Shown piece by piece: positions 22,701 through 30,616 of a stretch of 64,000 bases of DNA; within the stretch, counting starts at the first letter, position 1; each line of letters starts with the position of its first letter. The notes below the pieces were generated by a model that saw only the letters and a program-made list of their open reading frames with translations, was not told the origin of the DNA and did not search any database. This DNA is from a virus, in IMG/VR virus record IMGVR_UViG_3300032323_000739, positions 1-64,000 of that record. One strand, given 5' to 3'. Position numbers and translations under genes: made by a program.

Positions 22701-24171
22701 TTTGATAGTAGAGGCAGACGGTCACGTCCTGCGTTCAGTAGATACATATTATTTTAATGTATCTGGTACAAGTAGAACTTACACAGTTGACTCTGCAGAT
22801 TATGCGTTTAATACAATCGATCCAACAGAACTTAAAGTTTATAAGAACGGTGTAGAATTACAGCAGGCTCGAGATTGGACATGGACTTCAAGCAGTAACC
22901 AACTAAAAATTAAACAAGGAGTTGCGGTTACCGGTGATATTATTGCGTTGGCTATTTTAGAAAATGCTGAATATTTTGTTGAAACAGTTAGTAACTCCAC
23001 AGTAATTCGATTTGTTAACGCTTATACCAGTGGTACAGTAATAGCAGTAACATCTTTTACTAATCACGATTTGTTAGAAGTTGAACGTAACAACGATGTT
23101 GTTGTTTCCACAGCAACTTTAACTCCTGGATCAGTTTCATATCAAAAGTTTAGTCAACTATCTTTAGGTAAAATTAAATTAGAAAACACTGTAGTAAGTC
23201 CAGCATATGTTTGGATTATGATTAATAGCGAACTGCTAACACCTAGTGTGGACTATATTTTAGATTCTGATTTACAAACTATTATAATTGGAAAAACTTT
23301 AGCATTAGGTGACCTTGTCGAAATCATGACATTTAACAGTAATACAACACGTACTGCATTTGGATACAGAATATTTAAAGACATGCTGAATTCTGTAGTT
23401 TACAAACGTTATGATGATAGTACAACTACAACTTTAGTTGAACCTTTACGCTATTATGATCCAAGAATTACTGTTGCCGATGCGTCCGGATTAACAGAAC
23501 CAAACGCTAGTTTAAATCAACCGGGTATTGTATTCATTGATAGTGAGCGTATTGAATATCTTAAGAAAACAGGTAACGTTCTTAGCCAACTAAGAAGAGG
23601 TACATTAGGAACAGGTATATTAGAAAGTTATCCTGTAGGAACTAAAGTTCGAGATCAAAGTCAGGGACACACTGTGCCTTACAATGATGTCACAGCGTCT
23701 AGTAAAGTAATTGCTGACGGTAGTAGTCAAATTATTCCTATAGATTTTGTACCAATGCAACATCACATACAAAACAACGGAACTTATAAGACTGCGGCTG
23801 ATTGGATAGCAGAAGGATTTACAACACAGTTTGCACCAACATCCGTTCAAGCAGACGATATTGAAGTATTTGTAGGCGGAAGAAGACTTCGCAAGCAACC
23901 AATTAAAATTTGGAACGAAGCAATTGGTCCAGATAGCCCAAGCGGAGATGTTAGTTTAGATGCAGAATTTGTAGTTGACGGAGTAACAGCCACAGTACAG
24001 TTAGCAGATGGTGTGATTCCTCTAGCAGACGACGGCTCACAACTACCTGTAACTATTGTAGTACAAAAACGTACAGGTAAACTTTGGACAGGTATAGGAC
24101 AGAGTCTGGCAGACAGTACTCAAAGTCCTGCAAAATTCATACGTGCAAAGAGCATAGATTTGTCAGAATAA
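10753..24171 (+). CDS. Giant (4472 aa) multidomain baseplate wedge/virion protein, gp7-like
   Basis: Follows gp6. N-terminal FLP.YF.T..N.KFL; YI.EVKPY.TKIR; G.GY..P repeats; DG.T..F repeat domains; FG-GAP-like propeller at about 17020-18200; two short carbohydrate-binding-like motifs. Confidence 0.7.
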   Translation: MAFNNDQQESALPIGNSANRTSVDFLPRYFRTATNQKFLNATLDQLISEGEVEKINAFVGRKTTEAYSIRDRYLDDVSDQRTAYQLEPAITIRDSLNNYVFFKDYNDYINQLSFFNSNNSNHDLINSQEFYAWNPHIDWDKFINYREYYWLPNGPQSIPVVGQTPNIISTYKVALVDETDNQAYVFTPDGLTRNPTLTLYRGQTYRFEVDCADQPIAFKTDRISGDSFFYTQGVSTGNAYVGTGIIEFQVPEDAPNILYYVSKNDINSSGILKIYDIDEFTKIDVENEIIGKKTYVLNDGTPLSNGMRVFFQGRVTPEKYSTGNWYVEGVGNSIYLVAENDLLTPASYASNADIEFDNEQFDTQGYDVNANYPSTKDYLIVNRGSKDRNPWSRYNRWFHKDVIEVSAAVNNQPLTLDQNARAKRPIIEFEAGLTLWNFGSQAKDNVTLVDTFTTDVFSKVEGSLGYNVDGVNLLEGMRVLFTADTDIRVSGRIFRVSFVTHLGTRRITLIAESDTDPIEGETVLVLEGDENSGKMYYYSNGFWKVSQQKTTINQAPLFDVFNSDGISYGDKSVYVGSTFAGTKLFTYAPGSVLDSELKFGISYRNIGNIGDIVFDFNLHTDSFLYQDLAEVKTVTLDRGYLKQTNGLLSESFVNGWSKASATSRQYVVRQYDAVERQNFFPIDVYDNVGSLTDLEVRVWVNGKLKSNISDYSIFVEGVNAYVDFIADLNTTDSVVVKTRSSAVKNQNGYYEFPHNLENNPLNISMDDFTLGEISNHLKTIVENNSEVIGTVPGPTNLRDISNLSAYGRKIIQHSGPLSLAAYHITDKEHNIVKSLRFAKNEYSKFKRNFLRIAESYGFDGDTRVHLDLLLREAVKDNVDTMPFYFSDMIPFSANFIYEQTVIDDSITQYPITFNFDLTQPSQRAVLVYLNDQQLLHGKEYEFVNDSFVSILVPIVEGDNVKIIQYESTDGCYVPPTPTKLGLYPLYEPKIFVDDTYQTPTRVIQGHDGSITVAFNDYRDDLILELEKRIFNNIKVLYDPTVSNIDEYITGYYRKTDVAIKDLNDTLRQEFLYWSRFIADDYTKHTFYDSNNSFTFNYKQFAAPDGTQVPGFWRAIYKYFYDTDRPHSHPWEILGFRIEPTWWQDVYGPAPYTSDNLILWNDIAEGIIREPGKLLVRTPEYARPTISSHLPVNQNGELLSPLEANAINDYVALFTEGEFTFGDQAPIESAWRKNSEYPFALITALTLLRPAKLFATAYDRIRQVRDKDGQLVYKVADGNLRISPKIIEFPNTIKDTSRIFTSGLVNYVCEYATSRSEEICENYKFNLKNLDLKLSAKLGGFTSKEKFKLILDSRSPLNQGNVFVPEENYEIVLNTSSPVLSIDYSGVIVEKQPSGFIIKGYNQSVPEFKYYKPLSTVSDPQINIGGISESYLDWDTDKFYNKTQIVRYDNNFYRVTTSHTSSGTFELKYFAKLPQLPVTGGRDVTIRRRFETELSTLHYGAELETVQDVVDFMLGYNQYLLQQGFNFEYFNPSLETVTDWETSVKEFIFWTTQNWAAGSVIALSPGADEIIFAQEFSVVDNIYDSFYEYSIYKQDGLSLEPLFTNSIRKGNNFTLRPRNTADGIYHATLNLVQKEHVLILDNKTVFNDIIYDQTQGYRQERIKVTGYRTGGWQGDFSIPGFIYDRAVVKEWSSWKDYALGETIKYKEFYYSAKKNTPGSETFNDESWYRLPARPESKLIPNWDYRANQFPDFYDLDTDSFDTDQQKFAQHLIGYQNRQYLENIINDDVAQYKFYQGMIREKGTQNVLSKLFDTLSATDKESIEFFEEWAIRIGQYGAVDAFKELEYKVDEEKILINPQPFELVNRIDRELNDFVYRFTPDQVYVKPEGYNHNPFPTFNPSNYFVETAGFVRTEDVNYVISTKADLANYSLEDLEEGSRFWVGYDKNTWNVLRFGQFAKEISSVEFLDPALKINLVSNRDSDIQVGDYIGVNVGNNRLDGIFPVIEVGFNYITITPASSFTDDDATLINFDGVTTLYKFSSVRTSTMDQINSLYLPRKKDGDLVWVDGISNQWSVWQYNSVYSVDTVADDADKFGSVLSIDDANRIMVITADDRVLYLSRPVSQQNWVFRDQITPSSAQALTDTNGSFGASLAISKDGAYLLVGAPDADKVSGDSSNTAKEGYVAVYKKNAADIFTLHEVKDANENIIFDGVFKSPNRNQFEYFGFKTAIVNQLVIIAGKGGQLGPTTLNLFTLDGVFIDRYEFTGDAEITDMSVADTGLIAVTRNDETVHMFTSNNSGLTLSETILFNDVIDSGIEISSGSNFASSVALARDGNTMAVGAASYSNTNIEEGCVILFAKNTIFEPVDIITSPTRQESGRFGDKVKFNRTGDQLVVRSRTGDQTFATSFDNSATTFDLGSTAFKEIDKFTGAVFVFDKYNTKYVFAEDLENKNLGSEYGKDIVVTDRIYVGDATATQGAVYEFKSSKKSWSVYRQPEPAVDVKKIRSVFLYDTEKNNIISYLDFIDPLQGKILGLAEQELSYKTYYDPATYTLGTADVVVDTFDSWTRAAVGRLWWDLGAVKFFNTYQGTAAYKANTWNARFGDAEVAVYEWVESIYRPSDWDQLADTEEGLTMGISGQSKYGDLAYSVEQSYDSLTQNYSNKYYFWVKNKVTVPNVEFRKYSAKDVAEFIQDPKSKGVRYAALLGSNQWALINCKELIADRKVAVNFRYWNVENTEINIHSHYQLLTDGDISRKLNTYVEQKWIDSLVGSDVFNNPVPDPDLPPKLKYGILNKPRQSMFVNRVEAVKQFVERVNSVLAKKNLIDDFNLSGLDVKEQPPTLYSRSYDIVKPTYSEIRFVGTAAVEAPVLLPIISLGKIVGVDIINPGKGYIDVVYDPAQEIARRGPAIEVVGTGEGAQLSCEIDSAGQIVRVKVEKQGKNYSNSTALTVRPFTVLVEADETANFGWSLYTWNVESKSWERSRTQSYDVTKYWQYADWYASGYNNFTNINHLLDFAYEIPGANIEIGEIVKIKNQGSAGWLLLKKIDNQETTDNTVNFQTIGRQNGTIQLNDNIYRFSNNNVGYDGPTYDDDIFDDQPTEELRIMLNVLKNDIFIDDLEIEYNQLFFASLRYVFQEQVFVDWAFKTSFVRGKHNLGELKQKVTYQSDNLDSFEDYISEVKPYRTKIREFVSAYDRLEQTRSVVTDFDLPPFYNFESNKITTVSTFVEDGILKYNNDIVLSEPYDNWYYNVGHNVAEITVVDGGSGYTSPPIVIINGISSISAEATAYISQGRVNKIIVDNPGEGYLVIPEIILDGGQPLGGTPARVAVQLGAGPVRSNKIGIKFDRLNPRYTITNQVKTETFANVSGSQTRFNLIWPIDLRLTKITVSVGGIELLDSDYTVANIKDTTSTYTRYYGRVTFDVAPSVGQTVAITYYKDINLMDAADRIQFYYTDPTPGQLGQDLGQLMQGVDYGGVQITGIDFNIGSGWDSLPWGITGWDSFDSQYTDQLFRSDGTSREFTLGFVPGVGEEINVYVNNIRVDDPNYDTVTTTQAVLTAEQQVLETLQTELSALQLIANGTQLALNSALSTQLQAQQDTQAAAAAYNQAILDFGAGSPEAQAAEAVYISAQSDEVTANNNAIAATAANNIAQDNVSDKQDEVNAQTIIVTSAQTALDDLDPITNENAEMNTIYGDGVTNEFTLPSTVTLSGDQTNNNVFDNIIFRKATSDGSFVPEENTYDINLSGGNLAYTSARGLNAEEINVDGDGFVTPTSSHAPEEMVTGQVLDTVDIQVFHKVSDGAPTIVTKHYIANGQTAFDIGQRPGTDNSVIVKINGLVKRLNVDYVVDFINQQILLTTVPTTTDEVTVTSLSQNGLGILDLDFFVGDGSTTEFITAARWDGDFSAFVTVNGLVTGVTAFVADDTYIRPGNIGIRFGQAPAVDSIINYTILNSFVNTVSKIDQELIVHDGTTTTYELTNVPAFVAPLENHLIVEADGHVLRSVDTYYFNVSGTSRTYTVDSADYAFNTIDPTELKVYKNGVELQQARDWTWTSSSNQLKIKQGVAVTGDIIALAILENAEYFVETVSNSTVIRFVNAYTSGTVIAVTSFTNHDLLEVERNNDVVVSTATLTPGSVSYQKFSQLSLGKIKLENTVVSPAYVWIMINSELLTPSVDYILDSDLQTIIIGKTLALGDLVEIMTFNSNTTRTAFGYRIFKDMLNSVVYKRYDDSTTTTLVEPLRYYDPRITVADASGLTEPNASLNQPGIVFIDSERIEYLKKTGNVLSQLRRGTLGTGILESYPVGTKVRDQSQGHTVPYNDVTASSKVIADGSSQIIPIDFVPMQHHIQNNGTYKTAADWIAEGFTTQFAPTSVQADDIEVFVGGRRLRKQPIKIWNEAIGPDSPSGDVSLDAEFVVDGVTATVQLADGVIPLADDGSQLPVTIVVQKRTGKLWTGIGQSLADSTQSPAKFIRAKSIDLSE

Positions 24172-24174
24172 ATA
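24167..24174 (+). promoter_or_regulatory. Putative late promoter AATAAATA
   Basis: Overlaps the stop codon of the giant gene, 20 nt before ATG 24195. Confidence 0.6.
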
Positions 24175-24194
24175 TAGAGAACAGGTAAAAAAAT

Positions 24195-24809
24195 ATGGAT
24201 AAAAAACCCAACGAAAATACAGGAATACTAGTTCAAGGTCATATCAAGATCTTTGATCCTAGCACTCAAGAAGTGTTCATAGATAAACGTAATGCTATCC
24301 ATTACGAAAATATGAGTATAGCATTAGCAGAAAGTCTTGCCAACGCAGGACAAGGATTTATATATGAAATGGTGTTCGGCAATGGAGGAACTAGTGTAGA
24401 TCCTACAGGAATCATAACATATTTGACACCTAATACTACCGGCACAAACAGTAGTTTATACAACGAAACCTATGCTAAAATAGTAGATGATCGCTCAGCC
24501 AACAATGTGGATCCTGTGCGTAATAAAATTGAAACTCGCCACGTAACTGGCGCAAATTATACAGACATTCTAGTTACCTGTTTATTAGACTATGGTGAGC
24601 CTGCAGATCAAGAAGCGTTTGATGTGGCCACTATTCCGGATAGTCAATACGTATTTGACGAATTAGGTTTGCGTAGTTATAGCCCCAATGGTACAGGAAG
24701 ATTATTAACTCACGTTATTTTCCATCCTGTACAAAAGTCACTTAACAGATTAATTCAAATTGATTATACTGTGCGTGTTCAGAGTTTAACTGGTTTTAAC
24801 GAGGCTTAA
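24195..24809 (+). CDS. Virion structural protein (baseplate/fibre-attachment component)
   Basis: G.IKI.D...N.I..E...FG.GG...FDELGL....LLTHV.F.PVQKS.NR.I.I.YT pattern of baseplate-associated proteins; position between wedge and fibres. Confidence 0.55.
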   Translation: MDKKPNENTGILVQGHIKIFDPSTQEVFIDKRNAIHYENMSIALAESLANAGQGFIYEMVFGNGGTSVDPTGIITYLTPNTTGTNSSLYNETYAKIVDDRSANNVDPVRNKIETRHVTGANYTDILVTCLLDYGEPADQEAFDVATIPDSQYVFDELGLRSYSPNGTGRLLTHVIFHPVQKSLNRLIQIDYTVRVQSLTGFNEA

Positions 24810-24811
24810 TC

Positions 24812-27169
24812 ATGGCATATCAAATCAATTATTCAGACCCATTAAACAATGAACCGTTAATTGTAGAAGACGGCGCAGAAAATAATTCTACAAGCCTTGT
24901 TTTTGTAGGTAGAAACAAAACAGGATATGCTCAAGCCATATCAGAAAATTTTCTTCATTTGTTAGAAAATTTTGCCAGCGGTACCGCACCAGTTAATCCT
25001 ACACAAGGACAGTTATGGTATGATACTAGTATAGGTGTTAATCAACTTAAAATTTGGGACGGCAGTAACTGGGGTGCCGCAGGTGGTCTTAAAAAAGGAT
25101 CAAATGAACCTGATGTAAGTTCTAGTGTTGTCGGTGACTTATGGGTTAATACTGATACACAACAATTATATTTGTTCACTGGCTCAGGCTGGATTCTAGT
25201 TGGACCAAGATTTAGTTCTGGGTCTAGAACAGGAGCAGAACCAGAAGTTATCATAGACACGTTAAATACTCCGCAAAACGTTGTAAGCCAATATGTAGAA
25301 GGCGAACGTGTGATGATTATTAGCAAAACTGATTTTATACCTAAATCAGTTATACCTGGGTTTACAGAAATTAAAGCAGGTACTAATCTTAATAATCTAT
25401 ACAGCACTTATTACGGAACAGCAGATAAAACTACTAAGTTAGTGGTTTCGGGATACCCAAATGGATTAGATGCTAATAGTTTTGTAAGAAAAGACATAGA
25501 ACAAAACACACAAGGTGCATTAAATGTTCGTAATGCAGGTGGTGTTAGCGTAGGCACTGATGCACAATTTACAATGAATCTGGACGGAGCAACTGGTGTA
25601 ATTCGCCATAAGACTTCCGGAGCCAGTATTGATATTCGTGTTAACAATAACAACAGTGTATCTACAGTTATTCGAGTTGATGCTAACGAACGTGTTGGTA
25701 TTAGAAAATTAAATCCTCAAGAAGCATTAGATGTTACTGGTAATATTTTAGCCAGCGGTACAATTAAAACAACTGATACAACAGAATCTACAACTAGCGG
25801 CACTGGTAGTGCTGTGTTTGCCGGCGGAGTAGGCATTGCAAAAAATTTAAATGTTGGCGGTAATTTAATTGTAAGCAGTAACTTGCTTCCTGATGAACAA
25901 AATGGTGCAGATATAGGCACTGTAGATTTGCGATTTGAAAACATTTATGCTTCGACAATAGATGTAGCAAATGAATTTGTTGGTGATTTACGAGGAAACG
26001 TTATTGGTAATATTACCGGTAATGCACAAGGATCCGCTAGTAAATTGGCAAGTTCTACAATCTTTGAATTAACCGGTGACGTTACTAGTAGTGCTGTTGA
26101 GTTTGACGGACAAGTTGGTACACCTACAGTAGCCACATTAACAGCATCTGGCGACGGTACAACAGCCACACTTACTTTTGCAACACAGACTATTCCTCCT
26201 TATCCGGTTGGATCTACTATTGTTGTTTCTAGTATTGTGCCAACAGGATATCGCGGAACATTTATTGTTACAGGTGCTACAGCAAATAGCGTTAGTTACG
26301 CAAACACTACTACAGGTGCGCAAACTACAGCAGGACAAGTGGCACCATTGGCTCCTGTAGGAAATAGAAAAACATTCTTTACTAGACTTAGTGAAACTTT
26401 TATTTCAAGTAAACCCGCTGTAACTGAAATAGCAGAAAACGATCAATTATTGCTAAGTCGCGGCGCAGAAGGTTTAAAAAGAATTTCAAAATCAGATTTC
26501 TTTAATGCTATTCCAGGTATGCCAGTTGGCGCAGTTATGCCTTACGCTGGACCAGTTGCTCCGGGTGGTTGGTTAGTGTGTGACGGTAGCGAAGTTAAAA
26601 CTGCTGACTATGAAACATTGTTTAGTGTTATAGGCTATACCTACGGTGATCCAGCAACATTATTAGGTCTAGGAACATTTAAATTACCTGACTTACGTGG
26701 TCGATTTGCTCTAGGTCTTGATAACATGACTAGTGGAATCACAGTACCGCAAGGTCCGGGAAGCGGACCGGGCTGGGATCCAAATAACCAAATTACTACG
26801 GGCGGTGGACCTGCTAATCGAGTAACAGATGTACAAGCCGACATTGATTATGCTAATCCGTTCTCAGCAAGAATTGGTGGCGGAGATGAGGACAGAACAT
26901 TGGCTGTTAATAATCTTCCAGATCACGAACACGATTTAAGAGGCAATGCAGGCAATCCTTATTATGCTTATAGAAATAATTCCGGAACGCCTCCAGATAC
27001 AGATGCTATTTCGGGTACGGGTAATCCACCAGAAGATTCGGGTCTAGGACAATATCTAGGAACCAGTGGCGGCATTTTAACAAGCCCACCGGGCACATTC
27101 AGTCAAGCAGCCTTGAATGTTATGAACCCGTATTTGGCTATGAATTATATTATCTATACCGGAGCATAA
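24812..27169 (+). CDS. Tail fibre with tail-collar domain (short-tail-fibre-like tip)
   Basis: Shared N-terminal adaptor (ENF.HLLENFA...P.NP..GQ.W.D); collar motif MPVGAVMPYAG...GWLVCDG...LF.VIG.TYG...F.LPDLRGRF; LP.H.H motif; C-terminal PYLAMNYII. Confidence 0.85.
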   Translation: MAYQINYSDPLNNEPLIVEDGAENNSTSLVFVGRNKTGYAQAISENFLHLLENFASGTAPVNPTQGQLWYDTSIGVNQLKIWDGSNWGAAGGLKKGSNEPDVSSSVVGDLWVNTDTQQLYLFTGSGWILVGPRFSSGSRTGAEPEVIIDTLNTPQNVVSQYVEGERVMIISKTDFIPKSVIPGFTEIKAGTNLNNLYSTYYGTADKTTKLVVSGYPNGLDANSFVRKDIEQNTQGALNVRNAGGVSVGTDAQFTMNLDGATGVIRHKTSGASIDIRVNNNNSVSTVIRVDANERVGIRKLNPQEALDVTGNILASGTIKTTDTTESTTSGTGSAVFAGGVGIAKNLNVGGNLIVSSNLLPDEQNGADIGTVDLRFENIYASTIDVANEFVGDLRGNVIGNITGNAQGSASKLASSTIFELTGDVTSSAVEFDGQVGTPTVATLTASGDGTTATLTFATQTIPPYPVGSTIVVSSIVPTGYRGTFIVTGATANSVSYANTTTGAQTTAGQVAPLAPVGNRKTFFTRLSETFISSKPAVTEIAENDQLLLSRGAEGLKRISKSDFFNAIPGMPVGAVMPYAGPVAPGGWLVCDGSEVKTADYETLFSVIGYTYGDPATLLGLGTFKLPDLRGRFALGLDNMTSGITVPQGPGSGPGWDPNNQITTGGGPANRVTDVQADIDYANPFSARIGGGDEDRTLAVNNLPDHEHDLRGNAGNPYYAYRNNSGTPPDTDAISGTGNPPEDSGLGQYLGTSGGILTSPPGTFSQAALNVMNPYLAMNYIIYTGA

Positions 27170-27175
27170 ACAGTC

Positions 27176-29029
27176 ATGACGTACACTATTAATAAAACAG
27201 ATGGTAATGAATTAACTAAAATACCTGACGGTACGTTTGACACTAACAGCACTAGTATTACGCTGATAGGTAAAAACGTAACCAGTTTTGGTGAAGCACT
27301 TAACGAAAATTTTGTTAAGTTACTGGAAAATTTTTCCAGTGCTACGGCGCCAGAAAATCCAATTAGGGGTCAAATTTGGTTTGACACTACTAACAATAGA
27401 CTAAACGTATATGACGGCACATCATTTCGAGCCAGTGGTGGACCACAAGTTGGTCCACGTGCTCCGACAAATTTAGTTACTGGTGACTTGTGGATTAACA
27501 ACGATACAAATCAACTTTATTTTTATGACGGTACTGATTTAGTATTAGCCGGACCGATATGGGCCAACGCTCAAGGCGAAACTGGGTTTAAAGTAGTTAC
27601 CGTAATAGATACCTTTGGTGTTAGTCATACTATTGCACAACTACGTGTTAAGAGTGTAATAATTGGTATCTTTAGTAAAGATGCGTTTGTACCTCGATCA
27701 GATTTTTTAAATGATGTAGCAGGTATAAATCCTGTAGGCATAGGATTTTCTGCAGCCAATATTGCAGGAATTAAATTTGATGTTACTGTTACACGCAGTG
27801 AAAATATTTTATTAGACGACGGAACACCAAAGTCGGGTAGTGAGTTAGTGTTTACTAACGAAGAAGCAGTATTCACAGAAAAAGTAACAATACAAAATGA
27901 CATTGGTTTAGTAATTGGCGGTGCAGAACAAGTACAACAAAAAGTCGTCGATGATGAATTTATAATTGAAAATCAAATTACTAACAAACCAATTAAACTT
28001 AAAGTAAAGTCGTTGGCTACTACATTTACCGGACTTAGTGTTTTACCTATTGCACCAAATCAAGCATATATAGGTATTTCTAAAGATGTACCTACAGCCG
28101 CGTTAGATGTCAACGGTGATGTTAAAGTTTCCGGTAATTTAATTATTGAGGGATCCACTACAACAATAAATTCGACAACATTAACAGTTGATGATAAAAA
28201 TATTGTTTTAGGTGATACCGCAAGTCCTACAGATGTTGGTGCAGACGGTGGCGGCATTACCTTAAGAGGTACAGTAAATAAGACTATAACCTATAGCAAT
28301 GCTAGTCAAAGTTGGGACTTGTCTGAAAATCTTAAATTAGCATCTACAAAAACAATTAGTATTGGTTCTAGCGAAGTGCTATCGGATAATGCATTAGGTA
28401 CTTCTATAACATCATCAAGCCTTGAAATTGTTGGTGTACTTGAAAGTTTACAAATAAAAGGTACAGCAACTTCAGGATTAAATTTTTTAGACGGAACTAT
28501 TAGTTTAGCATCCGGCGACATAGGTATTAATCCAGCAGGAAGTTTAAATCTAAATAGCAAGAAAATTATTAATCTTTCTAACCCACGCTCAGGTGTTGCA
28601 GGCCTACAAGATGCCGCAACTAGAACGTATGTGGATGATGCTGTGTTTGCCCGCCCACTATCTATGAGTATGGATATTACAGGATTGGCTAATAATGCTG
28701 CCATTGCCGCAATATTAGATCAAGTGGCTCCGTTTTACGATCCGACTTCGTCACCGGATGGTTCAGCAATCGACGGAACAATCCTATATTTGCACACTAC
28801 TACTGTTTCTGTATCAAACGGTACTACAACAATTACTGGTGCAAATATAACTAAAACTTACGATAACGCACTAAGTATAGACGGATCTAGCACTGTTCCT
28901 GTTTTAACAGATGTCAATTTTAGCCCAATAGCGGGCCCTACAGCAACAGTTACAGTAGCACGTCAAAATAAAAGATTTATCATGGGCAGAAACGTGCCCG
29001 GACAGTGGGGTTTTGACGGTGATATCTAA
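27176..29029 (+). CDS. Tail fibre paralog
   Basis: Same N-terminal adaptor; G.L...G.TTTINST...VDDKNI.LG and N..P....DAAT..YVD fibre motifs. Confidence 0.75.
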   Translation: MTYTINKTDGNELTKIPDGTFDTNSTSITLIGKNVTSFGEALNENFVKLLENFSSATAPENPIRGQIWFDTTNNRLNVYDGTSFRASGGPQVGPRAPTNLVTGDLWINNDTNQLYFYDGTDLVLAGPIWANAQGETGFKVVTVIDTFGVSHTIAQLRVKSVIIGIFSKDAFVPRSDFLNDVAGINPVGIGFSAANIAGIKFDVTVTRSENILLDDGTPKSGSELVFTNEEAVFTEKVTIQNDIGLVIGGAEQVQQKVVDDEFIIENQITNKPIKLKVKSLATTFTGLSVLPIAPNQAYIGISKDVPTAALDVNGDVKVSGNLIIEGSTTTINSTTLTVDDKNIVLGDTASPTDVGADGGGITLRGTVNKTITYSNASQSWDLSENLKLASTKTISIGSSEVLSDNALGTSITSSSLEIVGVLESLQIKGTATSGLNFLDGTISLASGDIGINPAGSLNLNSKKIINLSNPRSGVAGLQDAATRTYVDDAVFARPLSMSMDITGLANNAAIAAILDQVAPFYDPTSSPDGSAIDGTILYLHTTTVSVSNGTTTITGANITKTYDNALSIDGSSTVPVLTDVNFSPIAGPTATVTVARQNKRFIMGRNVPGQWGFDGDI

Positions 29030-29042
29030 AATACAGCAGAGC

Positions 29043-29050
29043 GATAAATA
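29043..29050 (+). promoter_or_regulatory. Putative late promoter GATAAATA
   Basis: Intergenic, followed by the RBS AGGGGTG and ATG 29072. Confidence 0.7.
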
Positions 29051-29071
29051 CAGCATACTAGGGGTGAACTT

Positions 29072-30583
29072 ATGTCATACGTAATTAATAAATTTAATGG
29101 AACAGCGATTACAACCATAGAAGATGGTACAGTAGATCAAACGCTAGACATTAAACTTATCGGTAAAAACTATGCTGGATACGGTGAAATCCAGAACGAA
29201 AATTTCTTGCATATGTTGGAAAATTTTGCCAACAATGCTCCTCCCCCTAATGCTATTGCAGGGCAGATTTGGTTTGATTCAACCACTAAAAAATTAAAGT
29301 TTTTTACAGGTGATACCCCAGGTGGTGTTAAATTATTTAAAACAGCAGGCGGTGTTGAATATAGCGCCAACGAACCCTCTAGTGCTACAGAAGGCGATTT
29401 ATGGTTAGATACTTCTGTAAACCAACTTAAAGTTAGAATTGCCGGAAGTCAGTGGTTATCAGTTGGTCCACAAAGTGCAGGAACAGGTACAACACAGTTA
29501 GTATCTCGTCAAGTTAAAGCCACTGACGATAGTTTAAAATCTATTATTGCTGCCACAGTTAACAATGAAGTTGTTTATGTAATCTCTAAAGATTTTGACT
29601 TTACTTTAAAAACAGGTGACTTAGCCAACAATGGCTTAGATGGTTCGGGATTTACTTTAATTAAGAAAGGTATTACATTAGCCTACAGCGACTCTAATGG
29701 TAAATCTACACAGAGTCACAGATTCTGGGGTACAGCATCTGCGGCTACAGGACTTGTTGATAGTTTAGGAAACTTTGTACCGGCCAGTGCCTTTGTGCAA
29801 AGCGGTAGTTCAACATTTACAGCCATAGTTCGTTTTGCAGATGTAGGTTATACAGTAGGCGACAGCAACGACCTAGCAGTGTTTATTGAATCAGGTGTTG
29901 AACCAATAATTCAAAATACATCAGGACCTAAAATTATATTCCGAGTACAAGACGGCGCTACTACTCAAAACGTAGTTTCTATTAATGCTAATCGACTTGA
30001 GCCAGGATCAGATAACACGTATAGTCTGGGTACTTCTAGTAAAAAATGGAGTAACGTCTACGCTACAACTTTTACAGGTACTGCTACTCAAGCAGATACA
30101 TTGTTAGTAGGAAGCTCATACAGAGTAGCATCAACAGCAGCCACAGCAGACACTATTGCGTGTCGTGATGCCGCAGGTAATATGACAGCCGCGGTATTTA
30201 ACGGTACTGCAACATCAGCACGTTACGCTGACCTAGCAGAAAAATATTTGGCAGATGCTGAATATGAGCCAGGTACAGTTGTTGCTGTTGGCGGCGAAGC
30301 AGAAGTTACAGCAGTAAAATTTGGTGACCGCGCTATCGGTGTTGTTTCTACTGCACCTGCTTATATGATGAACAGCGAATTAGAAGGTGGCACTTATGTA
30401 GCTCTAAAAGGTCGTGTACCATGTAAAGTAGTTGGTACAGTTCGTAAAGGTGATCGGTTAGTAGCATCAAACAACGGATGTGCAATAGCAGCCAGTTTCC
30501 ATCAGCATCCTGATGTTTTTGGAATTGCTTTAGAAAATAACAGCGAAACTGGTGTCAAAACAGTAGAAGTTTTAGTGTTATAA
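29072..30583 (+). CDS. Tail fibre with C-terminal intramolecular chaperone/autocleavage (peptidase G2 IMC-like) domain
   Basis: Same N-terminal adaptor; C-terminal A.YADLAEKY.AD..YEPGTVV...GVVST.PAY.MN...VAL.GRVPCKV.G...KGD.LV. Confidence 0.8.
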   Translation: MSYVINKFNGTAITTIEDGTVDQTLDIKLIGKNYAGYGEIQNENFLHMLENFANNAPPPNAIAGQIWFDSTTKKLKFFTGDTPGGVKLFKTAGGVEYSANEPSSATEGDLWLDTSVNQLKVRIAGSQWLSVGPQSAGTGTTQLVSRQVKATDDSLKSIIAATVNNEVVYVISKDFDFTLKTGDLANNGLDGSGFTLIKKGITLAYSDSNGKSTQSHRFWGTASAATGLVDSLGNFVPASAFVQSGSSTFTAIVRFADVGYTVGDSNDLAVFIESGVEPIIQNTSGPKIIFRVQDGATTQNVVSINANRLEPGSDNTYSLGTSSKKWSNVYATTFTGTATQADTLLVGSSYRVASTAATADTIACRDAAGNMTAAVFNGTATSARYADLAEKYLADAEYEPGTVVAVGGEAEVTAVKFGDRAIGVVSTAPAYMMNSELEGGTYVALKGRVPCKVVGTVRKGDRLVASNNGCAIAASFHQHPDVFGIALENNSETGVKTVEVLVL

Positions 30584-30584
30584 A

Positions 30585-30592
30585 GATAAGTA
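30585..30592 (+). promoter_or_regulatory. Putative late promoter variant GATAAGTA
   Basis: Intergenic, upstream of RBS AAAGGA. The TAAGTA variant is also seen on the minus strand at about 60563-60570 and 62361-62367. Confidence 0.5.
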
Positions 30593-30616
30593 ACATACAC
30601 GGATAAAGGAAAGATT

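Noticed and set aside
29029-29055. 10-bp direct repeat AAATACAGCA x2 around a late promoter
   Set aside because: Only two short copies in AT-rich DNA. It could be a small duplication scar but is not a supportable feature.
25042-29370. Many antisense ORFs of 60-130 aa opposite fibre genes (also 428-622, 9203-9772, 17442-17753 and others)
   Set aside because: Shadow ORFs arising from the codon bias of the sense genes; they have no RBS and no motifs.
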